A stretch of 63,984 nt of DNA, the filler included, from Deltaproteobacteria bacterium (lineage in GTDB: Bacteria > JAUYMQ01): the NCBI GenBank assembly GCA_030698575.1. It is 10 parts of 10 records of this genome, joined end to end, with 100 filler letters (N's around TTAATTAATTAA, not from the genome) between each part and the next. Parts side by side here need not be neighbours in the genome. Positions count along the whole stretch, not along the records: positions 34,648 to 52,300 come from JAUYMQ010000073.1; positions 52,401 to 56,304 come from JAUYMQ010000078.1; 8 more parts are not named here. One strand, 5' to 3'. Under the pieces are notes generated by a model, which ran no database searches, was not told the DNA's origin, and was given only the letters and a program-made list of their open reading frames with translations. The position numbers and the translations under genes were made by a program. This document shows positions 43,963-54,797 of this stretch, one piece after another (within the stretch, counting starts at the first letter, position 1; each line of letters starts with the position of its first letter).

Positions 43963-44886
43963 ATGAGCCTGCTGGTGGTCGGATCCATCGCCTACGATTC
44001 CGTGGAAACCCCCTTCGGGCGCGTTGAAGACGCACTTGGAGGCGCGGCCGCGCACTTCTCGAGCGCCGCGAGCTTCTTCACGAAGATCCAGATGGTCGGC
44101 GTGGTGGGCGACGACTATGATCTGGCCCATCTCGATTTCCTCCGCGATCGCGGCGTCGATCTCGAAGGGGTCACGCGCGCCGTTGGAAAGACCTTTCGGT
44201 GGAAGGGGCGCTACGGCTACAACCTCAACGAGGCCGAAACCCTCGACACCCAGCTCGGCGTGTTCGCAGACTTCAAGCCCGATCTTCCCCCGGCCTACCG
44301 GCAGGCGCCCTACGTATTCCTGGCGAACATTCATCCCGAGCTGCAGCTCTATGTCCTCAAGCAGGCGCAGAACCCGAAGCTCATCGCCATGGACACGATG
44401 AATTTCTGGATCGAGGGGGAGCGCACCGCCCTCGAGAAAACCCTGGCCGCGGTGGACATGGTGGTGATCAACGAGGGGGAGGTCCGGCAGCTCTCGGGCG
44501 AGTACAACCTGATCAAGGCCGCCCGGGCCCTGCTTTCCTACGGGCCGAGCCGGCTCATCGTCAAGCGCGGCGAGTACGGCGCCCTGATGTTCACCAAGGA
44601 TCACATCTTCGCCTCTCCGGCCTATCCGCTCGAGAGCGTCTTCGATCCGACGGGGGCAGGCGACAGCTTTGCCGGCGGCGTGATGGGGCACCTCTCGCGC
44701 AGCGGTGATCTCTCCAACGCCAACCTTCGGCAGGCCATCGTCGTCGGGAGCGTGATGGCCTCCTTCCACGTCGAGGACTTCTCCATGGACCGCAACAAGC
44801 GCCTCCGGCAGGCGGAGATTCACCAGCGCTTCCAGGCGTTCCGCGATCTCACGCGCTTCGACGATCTGGGTTCCCCTGAGGACTGA
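43963..44886 (+). CDS. PfkB family carbohydrate/nucleoside kinase
   Basis: VKRGEYGA, DPTGAGDSFAGG; ATG after GGAGG. Confidence 0.92.
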   Translation: MSLLVVGSIAYDSVETPFGRVEDALGGAAAHFSSAASFFTKIQMVGVVGDDYDLAHLDFLRDRGVDLEGVTRAVGKTFRWKGRYGYNLNEAETLDTQLGVFADFKPDLPPAYRQAPYVFLANIHPELQLYVLKQAQNPKLIAMDTMNFWIEGERTALEKTLAAVDMVVINEGEVRQLSGEYNLIKAARALLSYGPSRLIVKRGEYGALMFTKDHIFASPAYPLESVFDPTGAGDSFAGGVMGHLSRSGDLSNANLRQAIVVGSVMASFHVEDFSMDRNKRLRQAEIHQRFQAFRDLTRFDDLGSPED

Positions 44887-45050
44887 CCCCCTCCCCGGGC
44901 GCCCTTCCTGCGCCCCCCCCCACGGTCGGCGCTCAAGTCCTCGTTTCTCTGGTCGAAAAAGAACCCGTAGGCCCGACGAGCGGCCCGTCACAGGAAATTG
45001 ACGGACCGTTCGGCGCAGTGCTAGGTTTCGGCAACCGGCTGGAGAAAACG

Positions 45051-46070
45051 ATGTTTGTCCATGAACCCTCGCTGGTCCGGCTCGCTGCCTCCCCAGACGA
45101 CGTCCTGACGCTTCTCACTTCTCTCAACAAGCCCATGGTCGCCCTCGAAGATCATCCGATGGACGAGGGTGAGGCCACCATCTGGTCCGTCCGGCGCGAG
45201 GGCGAGATGACGTCGACCTACGTCCATCTCTGCCTGACAGGCACGAAGATCGGCGTCTTCTATCGTTACGAGGTGGATCCCTATCCGGATGACCTTCGCG
45301 GAATGGTGGAGGGCGAAGCGCTTTCATTCTCGGAGAGCCTCGGCTTCATCATGGACAACACACACTATGCCGAACTCGACGCCGAAGAGCGAAAGCAGCA
45401 CCTCCTGGGCGGCCCCTTCGAGTGGACGGGACTTTCAGAGGACGACGCGCTGGAGCTGGCGGAGAGGAATCCGGAGGAAGCTGTCCCGATCGATCTGGGC
45501 GAGGCGAGCCAGGCCGTGATTGAGGAGCCCGCCGGGGCCGATGCGCAGGAGCTTCTTTCCGACGAGGAAGTCGATGTTGCGATGCGCGCGCTGGTCGGAT
45601 CATCGCCGGAGGGAATCGAGGGTCCCGGGATGGGAGCCATCGACGATGAGTTCGAGCGCGCTGTCGAGGAGTTCATTTCCGGCGGTTTGATCGCGGGAGA
45701 GGAAGTCGCAGGTTCGGAACCCGTTGCGCTGCCGGAGCCCGCGCCAGCGCCCGCTTCCGGGACCGGGGAGGCCGACGGCGCCCGAAGCTCACTCTCGCGC
45801 TTCAGCAGGCGAAAAGCGGACAGCGACATTTACGAGATCCGTGGGCTGGGGCCGACCCCCGGGGGGCCTGGGGCTCCCCTGGAGGTGGCCGAGTCGGCTG
45901 TTGAAGATGCCCCGCAGCGGGCCGGGGAAGCCGACGTGCCAGACGAAGTGCCGGACGCAGTGCCCGCTCCGGCACTGCTCCAGGCCGACGCACTGTCAGC
46001 CGCGGCGGAGGCCGGTGATCCCGAAACGCGCCAGAGGCGCGCCCGCGCCCGCTTCCTGGCCTCCTTTTGA
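45051..46070 (+). CDS. Hypothetical protein resembling the myxobacterial ORF upstream of tgl
   Basis: SLN.P, EALSFSESLGFIMDN, long acidic linker, C-terminal RFLASF (family recognised from memory, not searched). Confidence 0.6.
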   Translation: MFVHEPSLVRLAASPDDVLTLLTSLNKPMVALEDHPMDEGEATIWSVRREGEMTSTYVHLCLTGTKIGVFYRYEVDPYPDDLRGMVEGEALSFSESLGFIMDNTHYAELDAEERKQHLLGGPFEWTGLSEDDALELAERNPEEAVPIDLGEASQAVIEEPAGADAQELLSDEEVDVAMRALVGSSPEGIEGPGMGAIDDEFERAVEEFISGGLIAGEEVAGSEPVALPEPAPAPASGTGEADGARSSLSRFSRRKADSDIYEIRGLGPTPGGPGAPLEVAESAVEDAPQRAGEADVPDEVPDAVPAPALLQADALSAAAEAGDPETRQRRARARFLASF

Positions 46071-46092
46071 GCCTGCGATCCGAGATGGGGGG

Positions 46093-46884
46093 ATGCATTC
46101 CTTGATTCGACGAAAACGGTTCCCGGCCGCTGGGCCATTCATGCCGATCACGCTTTTCCTTGCCGCACTTCTGCTGCCTGGCCTTCAGGGCTGCCGCGGA
46201 AACGATGGAAACGATTCGCTAGCCGAGCTCTACCGGACACGGGCGACGAGGCGGCTCTCCATGGACGACACTCTGGGGGCGGGCAAGTTGCTCGTGAAGG
46301 CGGAGGAGCTCAATCCCGATTCGAGCGACACGCAGATCATCATCGGCGAGATGATGCGGCGCGAGGGGAACCTCGACGAGGCCGAAGCACGCTACCGTCG
46401 CGCGCTCGAACTTAGTCCGGGCTCTGCCGAGGCGCGGCTCAACCTTGGGGTGATTCAGGGCCAGAAGGGGAATCTGGACGCTGCGCTGGAGGAGTTCAGG
46501 ATCGTCGCCGCCGACGATAAGTTCGAGCACCGCGATCTCGCCCATGACAATATCGGCCAGATATGTCTCGAGAGGAAGGATCTCGACTGCGCGGAGAAAG
46601 AGTTCCGTGAGGCCGTCACGCTGAACGACCGCTATGCGAGAAGCCAGGCCAACCTCGGCAGGGTGCTCTACATGCGGAAGAACGATCAAGCGGCGGCGCA
46701 GCATCTGGAGGCCGCGGTCGAGCTCGATCCGAAATTCGCGGGGGCACGGTACGACCTCGCGCTGGTCTATGTCCGCCTGGGCCGCCGCGCGGACGCCATC
46801 GCGGAACTCCGAAACGTGCTACGTATGACTCCCAAGGGGACCTATGCCCATGACGCCCGCGAAGAGCTCGCGCTCCTGGAGTGA
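46093..46884 (+). CDS. TPR lipoprotein, Tgl/PilF(PilW)-like type IV pilus pilotin
   Basis: Lipobox LQGC followed by multiple TPRs (NLG motifs); immediately upstream of rodZ. Start may be 46141. Confidence 0.75.
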   Translation: MHSLIRRKRFPAAGPFMPITLFLAALLLPGLQGCRGNDGNDSLAELYRTRATRRLSMDDTLGAGKLLVKAEELNPDSSDTQIIIGEMMRREGNLDEAEARYRRALELSPGSAEARLNLGVIQGQKGNLDAALEEFRIVAADDKFEHRDLAHDNIGQICLERKDLDCAEKEFREAVTLNDRYARSQANLGRVLYMRKNDQAAAQHLEAAVELDPKFAGARYDLALVYVRLGRRADAIAELRNVLRMTPKGTYAHDAREELALLE

Positions 46885-46939
46885 CAGGGCGCAACCGGCG
46901 CCTCCCGCCAGGCGGAGCGCCGCGGCGATCGGGGGGGCC

Positions 46940-47821
46940 ATGCCGGAATCCCTCGGCCGCTATCTTCGGCGCGAGCGCCAGATGCGGGACGTCTCCCTCG
47001 AGCAGATCGCGCGGGAGACAAAGATAACCCTCCCCATTCTCGAAGCCCTCGAGAACGACCGTTTCGAAACCCTCCCGTCGCCCGCCATCGTGAAGGGATT
47101 CCTTCGCGCCTACGCGCAGATTGTCGGTCTCTCCGAGAACGGACTGGTCCTGCGTTACGAGAGTATTCTCGAGGAGCGGGGGCTCTCACCCCACGGCCCC
47201 GGCTCGTTGCGGCAGCGGTTGCCAGGAAAGCCCCGGCGGCTGGCGCCGGTGATCTGGCTCCTCCTGGTCGTCCTGGGCCTGGGCGTCGGCCTCCGGTTGC
47301 TCGATCGGGGACCCGGGTCGCCCGTAGAGGAAGCCGGCGGCGTCGGCGGCGCCGACGACGTCGTCTACCGGAAGAACTACCTGCGCGAACTCTCCACGGA
47401 CGCCTCTCCGGGCACCCCGGCCCATCTCGGCTCCGCCGGTCGGGAGGAAGCGGAGGCCGGCGGCGGCATCCATCTCCTGCTCCGCGCCTCGGTGCCGCTC
47501 ACCGTGAGGGTGGTGCTCGATGATCGCGAGTCCGAAACCCTGGCGCTCATTCCCGGTCAGCCGGTGGCACGGTACGCGTCCCGGGGCGCTCTGGTCGAGG
47601 CCGCGCGGCCCGGGCCGCTCCTCCTGGAAGCGAACGGACGTCCCGTTGCGACGGGGCAGGCCGTCGGCGGCCCGATCCTCATTTTCCTGACCCCGCTCGA
47701 GCCTGATTCCGCTCCCGCGGCCGATGAAGCGGCGCTCCCTCTGGTCGGCGCCCGGGTCGTGCTGCCCGGGGCGATGGCAGAGGAGAGGGCCCTTCCCTCC
47801 GAAATCCTCCCGCTCGACTGA
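46940..47821 (+). CDS. rodZ: RodZ-like HTH membrane protein
   Basis: [18 protein letters not shown]...LEALE...KGFLRAYA, a TM helix, DUF4115-like C-terminus. Confidence 0.8.
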   Translation: MPESLGRYLRRERQMRDVSLEQIARETKITLPILEALENDRFETLPSPAIVKGFLRAYAQIVGLSENGLVLRYESILEERGLSPHGPGSLRQRLPGKPRRLAPVIWLLLVVLGLGVGLRLLDRGPGSPVEEAGGVGGADDVVYRKNYLRELSTDASPGTPAHLGSAGREEAEAGGGIHLLLRASVPLTVRVVLDDRESETLALIPGQPVARYASRGALVEAARPGPLLLEANGRPVATGQAVGGPILIFLTPLEPDSAPAADEAALPLVGARVVLPGAMAEERALPSEILPLD

Positions 47822-47838
47822 GCTCTCCAGCCCACCCC

Positions 47839-47865
47839 TCACAAAAAACCGCCACCCGCCGATAA
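47839..47865 (+). promoter_or_regulatory. Candidate sigma28 (FliA)-type promoter of the MCP gene
   Basis: TCAC-N15-GCCGATAA upstream of a chemoreceptor. Confidence 0.55.
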
Positions 47866-47951
47866 GAAACCGGGTCCGCGGGCTCCCCGGACGGTGCCGG
47901 GGAATGCACGCGCTCGTCCTAAAAGGCCCTCGTTCAAGGAGCTCCGGGGAA

Positions 47952-49601
47952 ATGCTGACGAACGTTATTCTCTTGGGAATTGTGGTCCTTGGCCTGGCCG
48001 GGGGTATTCACGTTGCCTACCGCGCGCATCGTTCCAAGCCGCCGACGCGTGCTGCGCTTCTGCTCAGCGGCGCGGTGATTCTTTCATGCGTGCTCGGCTT
48101 CCTCATGGGCGCTAGCGGGTCCAGTCTGGTCCGCGGCCTCAGCGCGGCCGGGCTGGCGATCGCTGGCGCATCCGCCACCTGGTTCCTGGCCGCCCTGGTT
48201 TCCCGCAGCGCGAACAACGAGGCGCTCGCCGAAGCCCGCGCGGGAGCGGCCCGGGCCCGCGAAGTGATCGAACAGGCCTGCGGGGTCGCCGGCGCGATCC
48301 GGGACGCGGCCGATCGGACCGGTCAGGTGCTGACGGAAGCGACGAGCGCCAAGGTGCCGGGCCTTCTCGAGACCTCGAGCGTGCTCGATGAAATTCGTGA
48401 TTCGATGGGCGGGATCGCGGAGAACACCGAGCGGCTCAGCGTGTCGGCCGAGGAGGCCTCATCCTCCATTCTCGAGATGGCGGCCACCGTGGATGAAGTC
48501 GCCGGCAACATGGAGACGCTCGGCGGGTCGGCCGAGGACTGCGTCTCGTCCATCGGCCAGATGGCCGCCGCCATCCGCGAGGTCGCAACGAACGTCGAAG
48601 GGCTATCGGAAGTCGCGGAGGAAACAAACGCGTCGATGGAGGAGATGGCCACCACCATCAAGCAGGTGGAGGACAATGCGGCAAAGAGCCGGAGTTTCTC
48701 GGCGGAAGTGGTCGAGGCCGCCGAGCAAGGCCGGGACCGCGTATCAGCCACCATTTCCGGGATCGAGGCGATCCGCTCGGCGTCGGAGGACGCGCAGAAC
48801 GTAATCACGAAGCTGGGGGGGCGGGCGCAGGAGATCGGCGAGATCCTCGATGTCATCGACGAGGTGGCGGAGGAGACGAACCTTCTTGCGCTGAACGCCG
48901 CCATCATCGCGGCCCAGGCCGGCGAGCACGGCCGGGGCTTCTCGGTCGTGGCCGATCAGATCAAGGATCTGGCCGACCGCGTCGGCGTGAGCACGAAAGA
49001 GATCGGAAAGCTCATCAAGGCAGTGCAGACGGAATCGGAGAACGCTGTCGCCGCCGTGCGCGAGGGAGGGCAGATGGTCGCGGAGGGCGTTCGCCTTTCG
49101 CGCGAGGCCGGAGGGGCCCTCGAGCGGATAACGGAACGGGCGGAGCAATCCGGCGAGATGATCGGTGAGATCGCGCGCGCGACCGCCGAGCAGAGCAAGA
49201 GCGCCAGCTCGGTCGTATCCGCCATGGAGCGCGTACGCGGAATGGTCACGGAAATTCGAACCGCCATGGACGAGCAGACGCGTGGCTCGGAGCTGGTCAT
49301 GGGCGCTTCGAGCTCGATGCGCGACCTGGCCCAGCAGGTGCGCGGCATGGTCAAGGAGCAGGCGGGCGCCTCGACGCGAATCACGATGAACATCGAGGAC
49401 ATCCGCGAGATGGTGCAGCGCATAAACCGCTCGGTCCAGGATCAGCGGGGCGGCGCGGAGCAGGCGTCGGCCGAGCTTGCCCGGATTCTCGGTGAATCCG
49501 ACGGCAAGGGAGGCGCGCTGGTATTGCTGGACGAGTCGGTCTCGAACCTCCTGAGCGAGGTCAAGCGCCTGACACTGGCGATCGAGGGGTCCGGCAGGTG
49601 A
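47952..49601 (+). CDS. Methyl-accepting chemotaxis protein
   Basis: [34 protein letters not shown] hairpin; N-terminal TMs. Start may be 47904. Confidence 0.93.
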   Translation: MLTNVILLGIVVLGLAGGIHVAYRAHRSKPPTRAALLLSGAVILSCVLGFLMGASGSSLVRGLSAAGLAIAGASATWFLAALVSRSANNEALAEARAGAARAREVIEQACGVAGAIRDAADRTGQVLTEATSAKVPGLLETSSVLDEIRDSMGGIAENTERLSVSAEEASSSILEMAATVDEVAGNMETLGGSAEDCVSSIGQMAAAIREVATNVEGLSEVAEETNASMEEMATTIKQVEDNAAKSRSFSAEVVEAAEQGRDRVSATISGIEAIRSASEDAQNVITKLGGRAQEIGEILDVIDEVAEETNLLALNAAIIAAQAGEHGRGFSVVADQIKDLADRVGVSTKEIGKLIKAVQTESENAVAAVREGGQMVAEGVRLSREAGGALERITERAEQSGEMIGEIARATAEQSKSASSVVSAMERVRGMVTEIRTAMDEQTRGSELVMGASSSMRDLAQQVRGMVKEQAGASTRITMNIEDIREMVQRINRSVQDQRGGAEQASAELARILGESDGKGGALVLLDESVSNLLSEVKRLTLAIEGSGR

Positions 49602-49655
49602 GCCGCTTGCGGCCTTGCGCAGCGTGGGAATAGACTGAAAGCGGAGGGCAAGCGG

Positions 49656-51122
49656 GTGATCGACAAGAACGCCGTGCGCACCGATTCTCGCGGGGAGGGC
49701 CGTCTGGCCCTCCTTCTCGTCCTCGTGCTGACTTTCCTTCTGGCGCTTCTCGCCGGGCTTCGCCTGATGCCGCCGAGCGGCGGGTCTCTCTCTGAGGTCC
49801 CTCTGGCGGCGAAGGAGCTGAGAGAGGCGGCGGCCGATCTCACGCGGCGCGTGTTCGGCGAAGGAGCGGTCGGCGCCGGGCCGTCCCTCGACCCCGAAGT
49901 GCGAACCGCCGCGCTCCAGCCCGTTTCGGCCGCAGGCGCCGCCGACGCGATCGATCCCGGGATAGCCAGCCTCAACCAGGACGGCGTCGTGCGCTTCCGG
50001 AACGGCGACGCGAAGGGCGCCCTCGAGAAGCTCGAGGACGCGTACTTCAAACTGCCGGACCATCCCGTGATCGCGCGGAATCTCTCCAGCGTCCTGACCT
50101 TCGTGGGGTGGCAGAGCTTCAAGTCGGAGGAATACGACGAAGCGCTTCGCAGCTTCGATCGCGCGCTCGATGTGTTCGACGAAAACGTCGAGGCGTGGAA
50201 GGGATCGGGCTTCAGCCGGATTCAACTGAAGGAGACCGACGCGGCGATCCGCGATTTCGAGGAGGCCAACCGGCTTGCGCCGGGCGATGGCGACACGGCG
50301 CTGGCGCTGGCGAATCTTCTCTACCAGACGGACGAGATCGACAGGGCCAGGCGGGTGCTTGGCGATCTTCTCGAGAAGGATCCTGTCAACGGCCAGGCGC
50401 GGACCCTCATGTCACGCCTGGAGAAGGAGGACCTGGTCGAACGCCGCTTCCAGTCGAACGACACCGGGCACTTCCGCCTCAAGTATGACGTCTCGGAGAA
50501 CGCCGGGCAGGGCGCGCTGGTCGGAGGAATTCTCGAGGAAGCCTACACGCGCATCGGCGCCGAGTTCCACCATTTTCCCACTGATCCTGTCGTGGTGATT
50601 CTCTACACCAAGGAACAGTTCCGGGCGGTGAGCGGTTCACCTCACTGGTCGCGGGGGGTGTTCGACGGGAAGATCCGCATCCCGGTCGGCGGCGTGAACG
50701 AGCGGACCGAGGAGCTGGAGGATGTGGTCTTTCACGAGTACACGCACGTCATCGTGAACCAGATCACGCGCGGGAAGTGCCCCACCTGGCTCAATGAGGG
50801 GCTGGCCCAGTACATGGAGCCCTCCTCCGATGACACGAAGAAGGCGTTGCTCGGAATGCTCGGGCGCGGCGACGGCATACCGCTCGCGAGCCTCGAGGGA
50901 TCCTTCATGAAGCTTCCGGGTGACACCGCCCGCGTTGCCTACGCCCAGGCCTACGCCTCCGTGGCCTATATCGCAGAGACCTACAGCTTCCACCACGTTC
51001 GGGGTATTCTCGACCGCATCGCCGCGGGCGACGCCGCCGAGGATGCGGTCCGGAGAGTGCTTCACTTCGGTTACGCCGATCTTCAGACGGGAATAGCAGA
51101 CTTCGTGCGCCGGACGGCCTGA
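49656..51122 (+). CDS. Membrane-anchored TPR protein with peptidase MA-like domain
   Basis: TM, TPRs, HEYTH + WLNEGLAQY gluzincin motif. Confidence 0.85.
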   Translation: MIDKNAVRTDSRGEGRLALLLVLVLTFLLALLAGLRLMPPSGGSLSEVPLAAKELREAAADLTRRVFGEGAVGAGPSLDPEVRTAALQPVSAAGAADAIDPGIASLNQDGVVRFRNGDAKGALEKLEDAYFKLPDHPVIARNLSSVLTFVGWQSFKSEEYDEALRSFDRALDVFDENVEAWKGSGFSRIQLKETDAAIRDFEEANRLAPGDGDTALALANLLYQTDEIDRARRVLGDLLEKDPVNGQARTLMSRLEKEDLVERRFQSNDTGHFRLKYDVSENAGQGALVGGILEEAYTRIGAEFHHFPTDPVVVILYTKEQFRAVSGSPHWSRGVFDGKIRIPVGGVNERTEELEDVVFHEYTHVIVNQITRGKCPTWLNEGLAQYMEPSSDDTKKALLGMLGRGDGIPLASLEGSFMKLPGDTARVAYAQAYASVAYIAETYSFHHVRGILDRIAAGDAAEDAVRRVLHFGYADLQTGIADFVRRTA

Positions 51123-51166
51123 TCCGTCCGGCTCCCCTGCCGCCCGCGCCTCGAGGCCCGGCCCTC

Positions 51167-52300
51167 ATGCGTCGATCCGATCTGCTCGTCGCCCTGGCGC
51201 TGGCCCTGGCGGCCGCCGCGCTCTACGCGCCCACGCTGGGCTACGACTTCACCGACTGGGACGATACCGAGTACGTCCTGCAGAACCCGCTCATCCGCGC
51301 GATCGATCCGGGATCTCTCGGTGCGATCTTCTCGCACTTCTACCTGGCGAACTACGCGCCGCTTCACCTGACTTCCTACGCCTTTCTATACGCCGCGGCC
51401 GGGCCCGCGCCCTGGGTCTTCCACGCGATGAACCTCCTGCTCCATGCGCTCTGCGTGTCGCTCGTCTTCGTGCTCCTGCGCAGGCTGGACATCGGCCGCG
51501 CGGCGGCTGCCTTCGGAGCGGCGCTGTTCCTGGCCCATCCGGCGCAGGTCGAGGCCGTGGCCTGGGTGAACCAGACCAAGACGCTGCTCGCGACGGCCTT
51601 CGGCTTAGGTGCGCTCCTGCTGCTGCTGCGCTACCGCAGGCTGCGGCCGGGCGGGGAGGGCGCCTCGCGGGAGGGGAGCGCCTGGCTTGCTTACTGCGGC
51701 GCGGTTGCGCTCTTCGCCTGCGCGCTTCTCTCGAAGCCGCAGGCGGTGGCCTTTCCCGGAATCTTCTTCTGCGTCGAGCAGTCTTTGGCCGACCGCGGCC
51801 GGCGCCTTCGGATCGCGCACTGGATGCCGTTCGTCCTGGTCGCCGCGCTCATTGCCTGGATCGGCGTCGCGGCCCAGGGGAGTCTCGGCGCCGTGAAGGC
51901 CTACGGCCCGCTCGGGCTCGCCGGCAACGTGTTTCGATCGGCCGTGATCCTGGTGGACTATCTCCGCATCACCTTTCTCCCCGTGGATCTTTCCGTTCTC
52001 TACGAGGTGGAGCACTTACGAACGCTCCTCGATGGGCGCTTCCTTGCATCGGCGTTGATCCTGGGCGCGGTCGCGCTCGCGGCCTGGCGGGGCCGCGCGT
52101 CGGCGGGTCGCCCCTGGCACGCGCTCGGGGCTTGGGTGGCGCCGCTCGTGCCGGTGCTTGGCTGGGTGCCGCTCAACGTTCCGATGGCCGACCGCTATCT
52201 CTATCCCGCGCTCTTCGCGCTGGCCTGGTTCGCGGGCGGCGCCTGGCACGCGCTCCCCCGGCCCGCGCGAGCCACGCTCTGGGCAGTGCCGGTTCTTTTC
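51167..52300 (+). CDS. GT-C/TMTC-like membrane glycosyltransferase (3' truncated)
   Basis: DWDD..YV..NP, FLAHP..VEAVAW, ALLSK, ADRYLY. Confidence 0.8.
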
Positions 52301-52400
52301 NNNNNNNNNNNNNNNNNNNNNNNNNNNNNNNNNNNNNNNNNNNNTTAATTAATTAANNNNNNNNNNNNNNNNNNNNNNNNNNNNNNNNNNNNNNNNNNNN

Positions 52401-52695
52401 CTCCGAGCTCGAAGCCGACCACCCGATCGACCTCCTCCCCCCGGGCGGTGAGCATGATCACCGCCATGTCACGCAGCACGGGATCGGAACGGATGATCCG
52501 GCAGATCTCGGTCCCGGCGAGATCGGGCAGCATCAGATCCAGGACGACGGCATCCGGCCGCCAGGTCCTGAGCGCCTCCAGCGCCTCGCTGCCGGTCCCG
52601 GCCAGGCGCATCTTGAAGCCCGCCTGCTCGAGATGGTATTTGACGAGATCGCATAGGTCCGCTTCGTCGTCGACGATGAGAACCTTTCTGGCCAT
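52401..52695 (-). CDS. OmpR/PhoB-type response regulator receiver domain (truncated)
   Basis: VLIVDDE, LDLMLP, IMLTARGEEVDRVVGFELG. Confidence 0.9.
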
Positions 52696-52965
52696 CTTCT
52701 GTCCTCCCGCGGCAGCGCTGTCCCGTTCGATATCTGCGTCTTTCAGTGCGTATCCCAGTTCAGCCACGCTTCCTCCTTCGGCGCCCGGGACCTCCCCCGA
52801 GAAGGTATCTCTCGCGGACGGCGTGTCAAGCCGCTCTCCGGCGGTCGTTCCGGGTGCGCCATTCTTCCACCTGGGTTGTCCGGTGAAACTCATGATTCCG
52901 ATCCTGACTCCGTCAAGCACTGCTCGGGCACCACGGGAACCTCACCGGCGAGGCCGCGGGTCCGG

Positions 52966-54669
52966 TCAAAACTGCAGGAAGACGGTGAAGTTACCCAGGC
53001 CTGGGGCGCCGGGGTCCAGGCTCTGATCTTCCTTGTTTAGATTCACGGGCCAGCCGTAGTCGAACTTCACGAACAGCTTCTCGAGTATGGAGAACCGCAC
53101 GCCCGCCCCGAGAGAGTTGATCCTCTCCTCGAGACTGGTTTTCTTCGATGTGCTCAGCAGCGAGAGCCTCGCGTTGTCGCTGAAGACGACGAACTGAAGC
53201 TGGGACTTCAGCCGCCTGGGGATCGGCGTCGGCACGAGCGGCGTCCGGATCTCGGCGGTGCCGTGGAAACCCTCGTCACCGAGCAGCACCTGCTCCTTGA
53301 AGCCGCGCACTGATTCAATCCCTCCCGCGCGGAAGGCCTCGGAATCGATCAGGGGCCCATTGGCAACCTGGCCGTCGACCTCCACGTAGGCGGTCCAGTT
53401 CCGCCACAGCCGCTGGGTGCGGGAGATGCCGAGCGTGGCGTAAACGTAATTCGCGCTCGACCCCGGACGCCGCGCTTCGAAGGCCTTGTCGTTGTCGAGA
53501 TCGGGGAGAATGTTCGCGAAGTTGAAGTTCAGATTCGCGAACAGAGCGGTCACGCCGTAGGGATCGGTCAATTCCCCGTTGTACCCGACGAGGAAGGGCA
53601 TGTAGCGGACGGGCGAATCGATGACGATGTCCGGGCTTGCCGCGGTCTGGGTGCCAAATACCACGAGGCTCTGCTCCAGATCCTGGTAATCCACTCCCAG
53701 CGTGATCTTGTGTTCGTAGTCGCCGATGTCCCAGAGCGGCATCACGTAACGCGCACCGAAGATCTTCCCCTTCCCGAAGGAACCGAAGAGGACGCTGATG
53801 TCCGGCACCTGGAAAACCGATTGCGAATCGGAGTAGGCGCCATAGAAGGTGAGGGAGTGGCCCCACCAGGGAAGCGGCATGAAGTAAGAACCGGCGTAGG
53901 CCTTCACCGCATCCGTATCCTGGGGAGAGGTCTGCCAGCTGCCCGTGACGACGTGCTCCCGTCCCCAGAGGTTCGAGTACTGCAAGGCGACGAGCGTTCT
54001 GAGATCGGGCGTTTCCGGGGTCGCGTAGTTGTTCAGCTCCACCCGCCCATGCCAGGGAGAACGATCCTGGACCCTCAGTTCGAGATCGGTCGTCCTGGGA
54101 TCCTTTCCAGGTGAGAGGACCGCCGCCACCTGATGATTGGGATTCCGGTTCACCTTCTCCAGCGCCCTGGCCATCTCGGGCTGATTGAGGGGTTTTCCCG
54201 GCTTCAGATCGGGGAAGAAGCCCTTGAGCCACTTCTCGCTGTAGTGCTTGTTGCCGACTACACGAACCTCGCCGATCGTCCCCTCGATGACCTCCAGCTT
54301 GACGATCCCGTCACTGATGGTCTGCTCGGGAATGATGACGATCAGGGTGGGGTAGCCGACGCGTTCGAATTCTCGCTGCAGGTAGGCACGGGCCGCTTCA
54401 ACGTCTTCGCCGCTCCGCCCGGGACCCGTGAACTGGTGGAGCGTCCAGCTGAGGACATCGCGCGAGTAGAGTTGCGTCCCAGCGACCTCGTAACGCTTGA
54501 TCTCGAAGCGCGGCGCCGCCGTCGCGGTCTCCTCCGCGAGAGGCTCCGCGGCTTCAAGCGCCTTCGCCGTTGCGTCGGCCGTCTCCGGCGAGGCGGAAGC
54601 GGGCGCCGGCCGCAGGGCCTGGAAAACCAGCAGGAACGTGCACAGGAACAGGGCGAAACAGGGGCGCAT
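52966..54669 (-). CDS. ShlB/FhaC/HecB (TpsB) Omp85-family transporter
   Basis: Signal peptide, POTRA segments (IPEQTISDGIVKLEVIEG), ESVRGF motif, terminal Phe. Confidence 0.9.
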   Translation of the reverse strand: MRPCFALFLCTFLLVFQALRPAPASASPETADATAKALEAAEPLAEETATAAPRFEIKRYEVAGTQLYSRDVLSWTLHQFTGPGRSGEDVEAARAYLQREFERVGYPTLIVIIPEQTISDGIVKLEVIEGTIGEVRVVGNKHYSEKWLKGFFPDLKPGKPLNQPEMARALEKVNRNPNHQVAAVLSPGKDPRTTDLELRVQDRSPWHGRVELNNYATPETPDLRTLVALQYSNLWGREHVVTGSWQTSPQDTDAVKAYAGSYFMPLPWWGHSLTFYGAYSDSQSVFQVPDISVLFGSFGKGKIFGARYVMPLWDIGDYEHKITLGVDYQDLEQSLVVFGTQTAASPDIVIDSPVRYMPFLVGYNGELTDPYGVTALFANLNFNFANILPDLDNDKAFEARRPGSSANYVYATLGISRTQRLWRNWTAYVEVDGQVANGPLIDSEAFRAGGIESVRGFKEQVLLGDEGFHGTAEIRTPLVPTPIPRRLKSQLQFVVFSDNARLSLLSTSKKTSLEERINSLGAGVRFSILEKLFVKFDYGWPVNLNKEDQSLDPGAPGLGNFTVFLQF

Positions 54670-54797
54670 GCATGGCTCCGGCAGCCCCCGCTCCGGGCGC
54701 AACAACAGCTTGGCGCCACCGGGGGTGCTCGACCGGAAAGCTCGCCCAGAAAGATGACAGAACGGTGGCGGCGAGATGATGATCGAGTGAGGGCGCG

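Noticed and set aside
44883-44890. CTGACCCC at the PfkB stop as another repeat copy
   Set aside because: An 8-nt partial match without the palindromic half is plausible by chance.
52696-52965. Pho box upstream of the response regulator
   Set aside because: No clear 11-bp-spaced CTGTCAT-like direct repeats.
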